DNA of 64,000 nt from Amphiscolops sp. MND2022 (lineage: Eukaryota): assembly GCA_964187785.1 (NCBI GenBank), contig OZ076409.1:12402001-12466000 (forward strand), in the 5' to 3' direction. The notes under the pieces were generated by a model. It saw nothing but the letters and a program-made list of their open reading frames with translations, ran no database searches and was not told where the DNA came from. Position 1 is the stretch's first letter; every line of letters starts with the position of its first letter. This document shows, piece after piece, positions 30,501 through 44,700 of the stretch. Both the position numbers and the translations under genes were made by a program.

Positions 30501-32239
30501 ATAAGGAAGTACACTAAAGTGAGTCATTTTGAGAGTTGAAGAAAAATAAAAAACCAAAATGCTGGACATTATCAAAAATTTTTCAAACCGACAGAACTTA
30601 TCCCCTATGTAAGTATACTGAAGTAAGCCATTTTGAGAGTTCGAGACAATTGAAAACCTATAGTGCTTGACAAGCAACAATTTTTCAAACCGAAAGAACT
30701 TATTCCATATAGAAGTACAATAAAGTAAGCCATTTTGAGAGTTAAAAACAAATGAAAACTAAAATGCTGGACATAATCAACTATTTTTCAAACCGAGAGA
30801 ACTTATCCACTATGGAAGTACACTAAAGTAAGCCAATTTGAGAGTTAAAGACACTTGAAAAGTTAAAATGCTGGAAATATTCAACAATTAGTAGAAACGA
30901 CAGAACTTATCACATAAGGAAAAACACTAAAGTGAGTCATTTTGAGAGTTGAAGAAAAATAAAAAACCAAAATGCTGGACATTAACAAAAATTTTTCGAA
31001 CCGACAGAACTTATCCACTATGGAAGTATACTGAAGTGAGCCATTCTGAGTTAAAAACATTTGAAAAGGTAAAATGCAGGAAATAATCAACAATTTTTCA
31101 AACCGAAAGAACTCATCGCCTATGGAAGTACACAAAAGTAAGCCATTTTGAGAGTTAACGACAAATAAAAACCTAAAATGCTTGTCATAATCAACAATTT
31201 TTCAAACCGAGGAAACTTATCCCCTGTGGAAGTACACTAATGTAAGCCATTTTTAGAGTTAAAGACAAATAAAAACCTAAAATGCTTGACAATCAACAAT
31301 TTTTTAAACAGACTGAACTTATTCTATATAGAAGTACACTAAAGTAAGCCATTTTGAGAGTTAAAGACAAATAAAAAGTTAAAATGCTGGACTTAATCAA
31401 CAATTTTTCAAATCGACAGAACTTATCCTCTATGGAAGTATACTGAAGTAAGCCATTTTGAGTTAAAGACATCTGAAAAGTTAAAATGCAGGAAATATTC
31501 AACAATTTTTCAAACCGAGAGAACTTATCCCCTATGGAAGTACACTAAAGTGAGCCATTTTGAGAGTTCAAGACAAATGAAAACTTAAAATGCTTGACAA
31601 TCAACACTTTTTCAAACCGACAGAATTTATTCCATATAGAAGTACAATAATGTAAGCCATTTTGAGAGTTAAAAACAAATAAAAACTTAAATGCTGGATA
31701 TAATCAACTATTTTTCAAAACGATAGAACTTTTTCCCTTTAGAAATACACTAAAGTAAGCCATTATGAGAACTAAAAACAATTGAAAAGTTAAACTGCTG
31801 GAAATAATCATCAATTTTTAGAAACGACAGAACTTATCACCTATGGAAGTACACTAAAGCGAGTCATTTTGAGGGTTAAAGACAAAACACCAAAATGCTG
31901 GACATAATCAACAGTTTTCGAAACCGACAAAGCTTATCACCTATGGAAGTACACTAAAAAGAGTCATTTTGAGAGTTAACGTCAAATAAAAAACCGAAAT
32001 GCTGGACATAATCAACAATTTTTCAAACCGAGAGATTTTATCCCCTATGGAAGTATACTGAAGTAAGCCATTTTGAGTTAAAGACATTTGAAAAGTTAAA
32101 ATGCCTGAAAAAATCAAAAAATTTTCAAACCGAGAGATCTTATCCCCTATGTAAGTATACTGAAGTAAGCCATTTTGAGAGTTCGAGACAAATGAAAACC
32201 TATAGTGCTTGACAAACAACAATTTTTCAAACCGACAGA

Positions 32240-35200
32240 ACTTATCCCCTTTGGAAGTATACTGAAGTAAGCCATTCTGAGTTGAAGACATTTGAAAAGT
32301 TAGTATGTAGGAAATAAACAACAATTTTTCAAACCAAGAGAACTTATTTCATATAGAAGTACACTAAAACAAGCCATTTTGAGAGTTAAAGACAAACAAA
32401 AAACTAAACTGATGGACATAATCAACAATTTTTTTAATCAACAGAACTTATCCCCTATGGAAGTATACTGAAGTAAGCCATTTTGAGTGTTAAAGACATT
32501 CGAAAAGTTAAATTGCTGGACATAATCAACAATTTTTCAAACCGAGAGAACTTATTCCTTATAGAAGTACACTAAAACAAGCCATTTTGAGAGTTAAAGA
32601 CAAACAAAAAACTAAACTGATGGACATAATCAACAATTTTTCAAACCGACAAAACTTATCCCCTATGGAAGTATACTGAAGTAAGCCATTTTGAGAGTTA
32701 AAGACATTCAAAAAGTTAAATTGCTGGACATTATCAACAATTTTTCAAACCGAGAGAACTTATTTCATATAGAAGTACACTAAAACAAGCCATTTTGAGA
32801 GTTAAAGACAAACAAAAAACTAAACTGATGGACATAATCAACAATTTTTTAAATCAACAGAACTTATCCCCTATGGAAGTATACTGAAGTAAGCCATTTT
32901 GAGTGTTAAAGACATTCGAAAAGTTAAATTGCTGGACATAATCAACAATTTTTCAAACCGAGAGAAATTATTCCACATAGAAGTACACTAAAGTAAGTCA
33001 TTTTGAGAGGTAAAGACATTTGAAAAAATAAAATGCTAGAAATATTCAACAATTTTTCAAACCAAGAGAATTTATGCCATATGGAAGTACACTAAAATAA
33101 GCCATTATGATAGTTAGAGAAGATAAAAACCTAAAATGCTGGACCTAATCAACAATTTTTCAAATTAACAGAACTTATCCTCTATGGAAGTACACTAAAG
33201 TAAGCCACTTTGAGAGTTAAAGACGAATAAAAAACTAAAATGCTGGACCTAATCAACATTTTTCCAAACCGGCAGAACTTATCCTCTATGGAAGTATACT
33301 GAAGTAAGCCATTTTGAGAGTTAAAGACTTTTGAAAAAAGAATGCTGGAAATATTCAACAATTTTTCAAACCGAGAGAAATTATCTCCTATGGAAGTACA
33401 CTAAAGTAAACCATTTTGAGAGTTAAAGACAAATGAAAACCTAAAATGCTGGACCTAATCAACAATTTTTCAAATCGACAGAACTTATTCTCTATGGAAG
33501 TACACTAAAGTAAGCCATTTTGAGAGTTAAAGACAGATAAAAAACTAAAATGCTGGACCTAATCAACATTTTTCCAAACCGGCAGAACTTATCCTCTATG
33601 GAAGTATACTGAAGTAAGCCATTTTTAGAGTTAGACTTAAATGCTGGACCTAATCAACAATTTTTCAAACCGACAGAACTTATCCCCTATGGAAGTATAC
33701 TGAAGTAAGCCATTTTGAGAGTTAAAGACATTGGAAAAGTTAAATTGCTGGACATAATCAACAATTTTTCAAACCGAGAGAACTTATTTCATAAAGAAGT
33801 ACACTAAAATAAGCCATTTTGAGAGTTAAAGACAAATAAAAAACTAAAATGATGGACATAATCAACTTTTTTTCAAACCGACAGATCTTATCCCCTATGG
33901 AAGTACACTAAAGTAAGCCATTTTGAGAGTTAAAGACACTTGGAAAGTTAAAATTCTGGAAACATTCAACAATTTTTAGAAACGACAGAACTTATCACCT
34001 TTGGAAGTATACTGAAGTAAGCCATTCTGAGTTGAAGACATTTGAAAAGTTAGTATGTAGGAAATAAACAACAATTTTTCAAACCAAGAGAACTTATTTC
34101 ATATAGAAGTACACTAAAACAAGCCATTTTGAGAGTTAAAGACAAACAAAAAACTAAACTGATGGACATAATCAACAATTTTTTTAATCAACAGAACTTA
34201 TCCCCTATGGAAGTATACTGAAGTAAGCCATTTTGAGTGTTAAAGACATTCGAAAAGTTAAATTGCTGGACATAATCAACAATTTTTCAAACCGAGAGAA
34301 CTTATTCCTTATAGAAGTACACTAAAACAAGCCATTTTGAGAGTTAAAGACAAACAAAAAACTAAACTGATGGACATAATCAACAATTTTTCAAACCGAC
34401 AAAACTTATCCCCTATGGAAGTATACTGAAGTAAGCCATTTTGAGAGTTAAAGACATTCAAAAAGTTAAATTGCTGGACATTATCAACAATTTTTCAAAC
34501 CGAGAGAACTTATTTCATATAGAAGTACACTAAAACAAGCCATTTTGAGAGTTAAAGACAAACAAAAAACTAAACTGATGGACATAATCAACAATTTTTT
34601 AAATCAACAGAACTTATCCCCTATGGAAGTATACTGAAGTAAGCCATTTTGAGTGTTAAAGACATTCGAAAAGTTAAATTGCTGGACATAATCAACAATT
34701 TTTCAAACCGAGAGAAATTATTCCACATAGAAGTACACTAAAGTAAGTCATTTTGAGAGGTAAAGACATTTGAAAAAATAAAATGCTAGAAATATTCAAC
34801 AATTTTTCAAACCAAGAGAATTTATGCCATATGGAAGTACACTAAAATAAGCCATTATGATAGTTAGAGAAGATAAAAACCTAAAATGCTGGACCTAATC
34901 AACAATTTTTCAAATTAACAGAACTTATCCTCTATGGAAGTACACTAAAGTAAGCCACTTTGAGAGTTAAAGACGAATAAAAAACTAAAATGCTGGACCT
35001 AATCAACATTTTTCCAAACCGGCAGAACTTATCCTCTATGGAAGTATACTGAAGTAAGCCATTTTGAGAGTTAAAGACTTTTGAAAAAAGAATGCTGGAA
35101 ATATTCAACAATTTTTCAAACCGAGAGAAATTATCTCCTATGGAAGTACACTAAAGTAAACCATTTTGAGAGTTAAAGACAAATGAAAACCTAAAATGCT

Positions 35201-35745
35201 GGACCTAATCAACAATTTTTCAAATCGACAGAACTTATTCTCTATGGAAGTACACTAAAGTAAGCCATTTTGAGAGTTAAAGACAGATAAAAAACTAAAA
35301 TGCTGGACCTAATCAACATTTTTCCAAACCGGCAGAACTTATCCTCTATGGAAGTATACTGAAGTAAGCCATTTTTAGAGTTAGACTTAAATGCTGGACC
35401 TAATCAACAATTTTTCAAACCGACAGAACTTATCCCCTATGGAAGTATACTGAAGTAAGCCATTTTGAGAGTTAAAGACATTGGAAAAGTTAAATTGCTG
35501 GACATAATCAACAATTTTTCAAACCGAGAGAACTTATTTCATAAAGAAGTACACTAAAATAAGCCATTTTGAGAGTTAAAGACAAATAAAAAACTAAAAT
35601 GATGGACATAATCAACTTTTTTTCAAACCGACAGATCTTATCCCCTATGGAAGTACACTAAAGTAAGCCATTTTGAGAGTTAAAGACACTTGGAAAGTTA
35701 AAATTCTGGAAACATTCAACAATTTTTAGAAACGACAGAACTTAT
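32240..35745. repeat. Near-exact 1750-bp tandem duplication (17-mer HOR x2) within the satellite
   Basis: GTTGAAGACATTTGAAAAGTTAGTATGTAG at 32281 and 34031. The downstream private variants recur in the same order. Confidence 0.9.
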
Positions 35746-38700
35746 CACCTATTGAAGTACACTAAAGTGAATCTTTTCGAGAGTTAGAGAAAAATAAAAA
35801 CCAAAATTCTGGACATAATCAACATTTTTTCAAACCGACAGAACTTATCCCCTTTGGAAGTATACTGAAGTAAGCCATTCTGAGTTGAAGACATTTGAAA
35901 AGTTAACATGCAGGAAATATACAACAATTTTTCAAACCGAGAGAACTTATTCCCTATAGAAGTACACTAAAGTAAGCCATTTTGAGAGTTAAAGACAAAT
36001 AAAAAACTAAAATGCTGGACCTAATCAACAATTTTTCAAACCGACAGAACTTATTCCCTATGGAAGTATACTGAAGTTTGCCATTTTGAGAGTTAAAGAC
36101 AATTGAAAAGTTAAAATGCTGGTAATATTCAACAATTTTCTGAAACGAAAGAGCTTATCACCTATGGAAGTACACAAAAGTGAGTCATTTTGAAAGTTAA
36201 AGACAAAAAACCAAAATGCTGGACATAATCAACATTTTTCCAAACCGGCAGAACTTATCCTCTATGGAAGTATACTGAAGTAAGCCATTTTGAGAGTTAG
36301 ACTTAAATGCTGGACCTAATCAACAATTTTTCAAACCGACAAAACTTATCCCCTATGGAAGTATACTGAAGTAAGCCATTTTGAGAGTTAAAGACATTCG
36401 AAAAGTTAAATTGCTGCACATATTCAACAATTTTCCCAACCGAGAGAACTTATTTCATATAGAAGTACACTAAAATAAGCCATTTTGAGAGTTAAAGACA
36501 AATAAAAAACTAAACTGATGGACATAATCAACAATTTTTCAAACCAACAGAACTTATCCCCTATGGAAGTATACTGAAGTAAGCCATTTTGAGAGTTAAA
36601 GACATTCGAAAAGTTAAATTGCTGGACATAATCAACCATTTTTCAAACCGAGAGAACTTGTTCCATATAGAAGTACACTAAAGTAAGCCATTTTGAGAGG
36701 TAAAGATAATTGAAAAAATAAAATGCTGGAAAGATTCAACAATTTTTCAAACCAAGAGTATTTATCCCATATGGAAGTACACTAAAGTAAGCCATTTTGA
36801 GAGTTAAAGAAAATAAAAACCTAAAATGCTGGACCTAATCAACAATTTTTCAAATTAACAGAACTTATCCTCTATGGAAGTACACTAAAGTAAGCCACTT
36901 TGAGAGTTAAAGACGAATAAAAAACTAAAATGCTGGACCTAATCAACATTTTTCCAAACCGGCAGAACTTATGCTCTATGGAAGTATACTGAAGTAAGCC
37001 ATTTTGAGAGTTAAAGACTTTTGAAAAAATAAAATGCTGGAAATATTCAACAATTTTTCAAACCGAGAGAAATTATCTCCTATGGAAGTACACTAAAGTA
37101 AGCCATTTTGAGAGTTAAAGACAAATGAAAACCTAAAATGCTGGACCTAATCAACAATTTTTCAAATTAACAGAACTTATCCTCTATGGAAGTACACTAA
37201 AGTAAGCCATTTTGAGAGTTAAAGACAGATAAAAAACTAAAATGCTGGACCTAATCAACATTTTTCCAAACCGGCAGAACTTATCCTCTATGGAAGTATA
37301 CTGAAGTAAGCCATTTTGAGAGTTAGACTTAAATGCTGGACCTAATCAACAATTTTTCAAACCGACAGAACTTATCCCCTATGGAAGTATACTGAATTAA
37401 GCCATTTTGAGAGTTAAAGACATTGGAAAAGTTAAATTGCCGGACATAATCAACAATTTTTCAAACCGAGAGAACTTATTTTATATAGAAGTACACTAAA
37501 ATAGGCCATTTTGAGAGTTAAAGACAAATAAAAAACTAAAATGATGGACATAATCAACTATTTTTCAAACCGACAGATCTTATCCCCTATGCAAGTACAC
37601 TAAAGTAAGCCATTTTGAGAGTTAAAGACACTTGGAATGTTAAAATTCTGGTAAAATTCAACAATTTTCTGAAACGAAAGAGCTTATCACCTATTGAAGT
37701 ACACTAAAGTGAGTCGTTTCGAGAGTTAGAGAAAAATAAAAACCAAAATTCTGGACATAATCAACATTTTTTCAAACCGACAGAACTTATCCCCTTTGGA
37801 AGTATACTGAAGTAAGCCATTCTGAGTTGAAGACATTTGAAAAGTTAACATGCAGGAAATATACAACAATTTTTCAAACCGAGAGAACTTATTCCCTATA
37901 GAAGTACACTAAAGTAAGCCATTTTGAGAGTTAAAGACAAATAAAAAACTAAAATGCTGGACCTAATCAACAATTTTTCAAACCGACAGAACTTATTCCC
38001 TATGGAAGTATACTGAAGTTTGCCATTTTGAGAGTTAAAGACAATTGAAAAGTTAAAATGCTGGTAATATTCAACAATTTTCTGAAACGAAAGAGCTTAT
38101 CACCTATGGAAGTACACTAAAGTGAGTCATTTTGAAAGTTAAAGACAAAAAACCAAAATGCTGGACATAATCAACATTTTTCCAAACCGGCAGAACTTAT
38201 CCTCTATGGAAGTATACTGAAGTAAGCCATTTTGAGAGTTAGACTTAAATGCTGGACCTAATCAACATTTTTTCAAACCGACAAAACTTATCCCCTATGG
38301 AAGTATACTGAAGTAAGCCATTTTGAGAGTTAAAGACATTCGAAAGTTAAATTGCTGGACATAATCAACAATTTTCCAAACCGAGAGAACTTATTTCATA
38401 TAGAAGTACACTAAAATAGGCCATTTTGAGAGTTAAAGACAAATAAAAAACTAAACTGATGGACATAGTCAACAATTTTTGAAACCAACAGAACTTATCC
38501 CCTATGGAAGTATACTGAAGTAAGCCATTTTGAGAGTTAAAGACATTCGAAAAATTAAATTGCTGGACATAATCAACAATTTTTCAAACCGAGAGAACTT
38601 ATTTCATATAGAAGTACACTAAAATAAGCCATTTTGAGAGTTAAAGACAAATAAAAAACTAAAATGATGGACATAATCAACTATTTTTCAAACCGACAGA

Positions 38701-41700
38701 TCTTATCCCCTATGGAAGTACACTAAAGTAAGCCATTTTGAGAGTTAAAGACACTTGGAAAGTTAAAATTCTGGAAACATTCAACAATTTTTAGAAACGA
38801 CAGAACTTATCACCTATTGAAGTACACTAAAGTGAATCTTTTCGAGAGTTAGAGAAAAATAAAAACCAAAATTCTGGACATAATCAACATTTTTTCAAAC
38901 CGACAGAACTTATCCCCTTTGGAAGTATACTGAAGTAAGCCATTCTGAGTTGAAGACATTTGAAAAGTTAACATGCAGGAAATATACAACAATTTTTCAA
39001 ACCGAGAGAACTTATTCCCTATAGAAGTACACTAAAGTAAGCCATTTTGAGAGTTAAAGACAAATAAAAAACTAAAATGCTGGACCTAATCAACAATTTT
39101 TCAAACCGACAGAACTTATTCCCTATGGAAGTATACTGAAGTTTGCCATTTTGAGAGTTAAAGACAATTGAAAAGTTAAAATGCTGGTAAAAATCAACAA
39201 TTTTTTGAAACGAAAGAGCTTATCACCTATGGAAGTACACTAAAGTGAGTCATTTTGAAAGTTAAAGACAAAAAACCAAAATGCTGGACATAATCAACAT
39301 TTTTCCAAACCGGCAGAACTTATCCTCTATGGAAGTATACTGAAGTAAGCCATTTTGAGAGTTAGACTTAAATGCTGGACCTAATCAACATTTTTTCAAA
39401 CCGACAAAACTTATCCCCTATGGAAGTATACTGGAGTAAGCCATTTTGAGAGTTAAAGACATTCGAAAAGTTAAATTGCTGGACATAATCAACAATTTTC
39501 CAAACCGAGAGAACTTATTTCATATAGAAGTACACTAAAATAAGCCATTTTGAGAGTTAACGACAAATAAAAAACTAAACTGATGGACATAATCAACAAT
39601 TTTTCAAACCAACAGAACTTATCCCCTATGGAAGTATACTGAAGTAAGCCATTTTGAGAGTTAAAGACATTCGAAAAGTTAAATTGCTGGACATAATCAA
39701 CCATTTTTCAAACCGAGAGAACTTGTTCCATATAGAAGTACACTAAAGTCAGCCATTTTCAGAGGTGAAGAATTTTGAAAAAATAAAATGCTGGAAATAT
39801 TCAACAATTTTTCAAACCAAGAGTATTTACTCCATATGGAAGTACACTAAAGTAAGCCATTTTGAGAGTTAAAGAAAATAAAAACCTAAGATGCTGGACC
39901 TAATCAACAATTTTTCAAATTGACAGAACTTATCCTCTATGGAAGTACACTAAAGTAAGCCACTTTGAGAGTTAAAGACAGATAAAAAACTAAAATGCTG
40001 GACCTAATCAACATTTTTCCAAATCGGCAGAAGTTATCCTCTATGGAAGTATACTGAAGTAAGCCATTTTGAGAGTTAAAGACTTTTGAAAAAATAAAAT
40101 GCTGGAAATATTCAACAATTTTTCAAACCGAGAGAAATTATCTCCTATGGAAGTACACTAAAGTAAGCCATTTTGAGAGTTAAAGACAAATAAAAACCTG
40201 AAATGCTGGACCTAATCAACAATTTTTCAAATCGACAGAACTTATCCTCTATGGAAGTACACTAAAGTAAGCCATTTTGAGAGTTAAAGACAGATAAAAA
40301 ACTAAAATACTGGACCTAATCAACATTTTTCCAAACCGGCAGAACTTATCCTCTATGGAAGTATACTGAAGTAAGCCATTTTGAGAGTTAGACCTAAATG
40401 CTGGACCTAATAAACAATTTTTCAAACCGACAGAACTTATCCCCTATGGAAGTATACTGAAGTAAGTCATTTTGAGAGTTAAAGACATTGGAAAAGTTAA
40501 ATTGCTGGACATAATCAACAATTTTTCAAACCGAGAGAACTTATTTCATATAGAAGTACACTAAAATAAGCCATTTTGAGAGTTAAAGACAAATAAAAAA
40601 CTAAAATGATGGACATAATCAACTATTTTTCAAACCGACAGATCTTATCCCCTATGGAAGTACACTAAAGTAAGCCATTTTGAGAGTTAAAGACACTTGG
40701 AAAGTTAAAATTCTGGAAACATTCAACAATTTTTAGAAACGACAGAACTTATCCTCTATGGAAGTATACTGAAGTAAGCCATTTTGAGAGTTAGACTTAA
40801 ATGCTGGACCTAATCAACAATTTTTCAAACCGACAAAACTTATCCCCTATGGAAGTATACTGAAGTAAGCCATTTTGAGAGTTAAAGACATTCGAAAAGT
40901 TAAATTGCTGGACATAATAAACAATTTTCCAAACCGAGAGAACTTATTTCATATAGAAGTACACTAAAATAAGCCATTTTGAGAGTTAAAGACAAATAAA
41001 AAACTAAACTGATGGACATAATCAACAATTTTTCAAACCAACAGAACTTATCCCCTATGGAAGTATACTGAAGTAAGCCATTTTGAGAGTTAAAGACATT
41101 CGAAAAGTTAAATTGCTGGACATAATCAACCATTTTTCAAACCGAGAGAACTTGTTCCATATAGAAGTACACTAAAGTAAGCCATTTTGAGAGGTAAAGA
41201 TTTTTGAAAAATAAAATGCTGGAAATATTCAACAATTTTTCAAACCAAGAGTATTTATCCCATATGGAAGTACACTAATGTAAGCCATTTTGAGAGTTAA
41301 AGACGAATAAAAAACTAAAATGCTGGACCTAATCAACATTTTTCCAAACCGGCAGAACTTATCCTCTATGGAAGTATACTGAAGTAAGCCATTTTGAGAG
41401 TTAAAGACTTTTGAAAAAATAAAATGCTGGAAATATTCAACAATTTTTCAAACCGAGAGAAATTATCTCCTATGGAAGTACACTAAAGTAAGCCATTTTG
41501 AGAGTTAAAGACAAATGAAAACCTAAAATGCTGGACCTAATCAACAATTTTTTAAATCGACAGAACTTATCCTCTATGGAAGTACACTAAAGTAAGCCAT
41601 TTTGAGAGTTAAAGACAGATAAAAAACTAAAATGCTGGACCTAATCAACATTTTTCCAAACCGGCAGAACTTATCCTCTATGGAAGTATACTGAAGTAAG

Positions 41701-44700
41701 CCATTTTGAGAGTTAGACTTAAATGCTGGACCTAATCAACAATTTTTCAAACCGAGAGAACTTATTCCCTATAGAAGTACACTAAAGTAAGCCATTTTGA
41801 GAGTTAAAGACAAATAAAAAACTAAAATGCTGGACCTAATCAACAATTTTTCAAACCGACAGAACTTATTCCCTATGGAAGTATACTGAAGTTTGCCATT
41901 TTGAGAGTTAAAGACAATTGAAAAATTAAAATAATGGTAATAATCAACAATTTTCTGAAACGAAAGAGCTTATCACCTATGGAAGTACACTAAAGTGAGT
42001 CATTTTGAAAGTTAAAGACAAAAACCAAAATGCTGGACATAATCAACATTTTTCCAAACCGGCAGAACTTATCCTCTATGGAAGTATACTGAAGTAAGCC
42101 ATTTTGAGAGTTAGACTTAAATGCTGGACCTAATCAACGATTTTTCAAACCGACAAAACTTATCCCCCATGGAAGTATACTGAAGTAAGCCATTTTGAGA
42201 GTTAAAGACATTCGAAAAGTTAAATTGCTGGACATAATCAACAATTTTCCAAACCGAGAGAACTTATTTCATATAGAAGTACACTAAAATAGGCCATTTT
42301 GAGAGTTAAAGACAAATAAAAAACTAAACTGATGGACATAATCAACAATTTTTCAAACCAACAGAACTTATCCCCTATGTAAGTATACTGAAGTAAGCCA
42401 TTTTGAGAGTTAAAGACATTCGAAAAGTTTAATTGCTGGACATAATCAACCATTTTTCAAACCGAGAGAACTTGTTCCATATAGAAGTACACTAAAGTAA
42501 GCCATTTTGAGATGTAAAGATTTTTGAAAAAATAAAATGCTGGAAATATTAAACAATTTTTCAAACCAAGAGTATTTATCGCATATGGGAGTACACTAAA
42601 GTAAGCCATTTTGAGAGTTAAAGAAAATAAAAACCTAAATGCTGGACCTAATCAACAATTTTTCAAACCGACAGAACTTATCCCCCATGGAAGTATACTG
42701 AAGTAAGCCATTTTGAGAGTTAAAGACATTGGAAAAGTTAAATTGCTGGACATAATCAACAATTTTTCAAACCGAGAGAACTTATTTCATATAGAAGTAC
42801 TCTAAAATAAGCCATTTTGAGAGTTAAAGACAAATAAAAAACTAAAATGATGGACATAATCAACTATATTTCAAACCGACAGATCTTATCCCCTATGGAA
42901 GTACACTAAAGTAAGCCATTTTGAGAGTTAAAGACACTTGGAAAGTTAAAATTCTGGAAACATTCAACAATTTTTAGAAACGACAGAACTTATCACCTAT
43001 TGAAGTACACTAAATTGAGTCTTTTCGAGAGTTAGAGAAAAATAAAAACCAAAATTCTGGACATAATCAACATTTTTTCAAACCGACAGAACTTATCCCC
43101 TTTGGAAGTATACTGAAGTAAGCCATTCTGAGTTGAAGACATTTGAAAAGTTAACATGCAGGAAATATACAACACTTTTCCAAACCGAGAGAACTTATTC
43201 CCTATAGAAGTACACTAAAGTAAGCCATTTTGAGAGTTAAAGACAAATAAAAAACTAAAATGCTGGACCTAATCAACAATTTTTCAAACCGACAGAACTT
43301 ATCCCCTATGGAAGTATACTGAAGTAAGCCATTTTGAGAGTTAAAGACAATTGAAAAGTTAAAATGCTGGTAATAATCAACAATTTTCTGAAACGAAAGA
43401 GCTTATCACCTAATGAAGTACACTAAAGTGAGTCATTTTGAAAGTTAAAGACAAAAAACCAAAATGCTGGACATAATCAACATTTTTCCAAACCGGCAGA
43501 ACTTATCCTCTATGGAAGTATACTGAAGTAAGCCATTTTGAGAGTTAGACTTAAATGCTGGACCTAATCAACAATTTTTCAAACCGACAAAACTTATCCC
43601 CTATGGAAGTATACTGAAGTAAGCCATTTTGAGAGTTAAAGACATTCGAAAAGTTAAATTGCTGGACATAATCAACAATTTTCCAAACCGAGAGAACTTA
43701 TTTCACATAGAAGTACACTAAAATAAGCCATTTTGAGAGTTAAAGACAAATAAAAAACTAAACTGATGGACATAATCAACAATTTTTCAAACCAACAGAA
43801 CTTATCCCCTATGGAAGTATACTGAAGTAAGCCATTTTGAGAGTTAAAGACATTCGAAAAGTTAAATTGCTGGACATAATCAACCATTTTTCAAACCGAG
43901 AGAACTTGTTCCATATAGAAGTACACTAAAGTAAGCCATTTTGAGAGGTAAAGATTTTTGAAAAAATAAAATGCTGGAAATATTCAACAATTTTTCAAAC
44001 CAAGAGTATTTATCCCATATGGAAGTACACTAAAGTAAGCCATTTTGAGAGTTAAAGAAAATAAAAACCTAAGATGCTGGACCTAATCAACAATTTTTCA
44101 AATTGACAGAACTTATCCTCTATGGAAGTACACTAAAGTAAGCGACTTTGAGAGTTAAAGACAGATAAAAAACTAAAATGCTGGACCTAATCAACATTTT
44201 TCCAAATCGGCAGAAGTTATCCTCTATGGAAGTATACTGAAGTAAGCCATTTTGAGAGTTAAAGACTTTTGAAAAAATAAAATGCTGGAAATATTCAACA
44301 ATTTTTCAAACCGAGAGAAATTATCTCCTATGGAAGTACACTAAAGTAAGCCATTTTGAGAGTTAAAGACAAATAAAAACCCGAAATGCTGGACCTAATC
44401 AACAATTTTTCAAATCGACAGAACTTATCCTCTATGGAAGTACACTAAAGTAAGCCATTTTGAGAGTTAAAGACAGATAAAAACTAAAATGCTGGAACTA
44501 ATCAACATTTTTCCAAACCGGCAGAACTTATCCTCTATGGAAGTATACTGAAGTAAGCCATTTTGAGAGTTAAAGACATTTGAAAAGTTGAATTGCTGGA
44601 CATAATCAACAATTTTTCAAATCAACAGAACTTATCCCCTATGGAAGTATACTGAAGTAAGCCATTTTGAGAGTTAAAGACATTTGAAAAGTTAAATTGC

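Noticed and set aside
16..43887. Dozens of similar 60-127-aa ORFs (e.g. ...NSQNGLLQYT...) on the minus strand
   Set aside because: They are chance translations of the satellite. The 104-bp period is not a multiple of 3, frames shift every monomer, and stops and indels are frequent.
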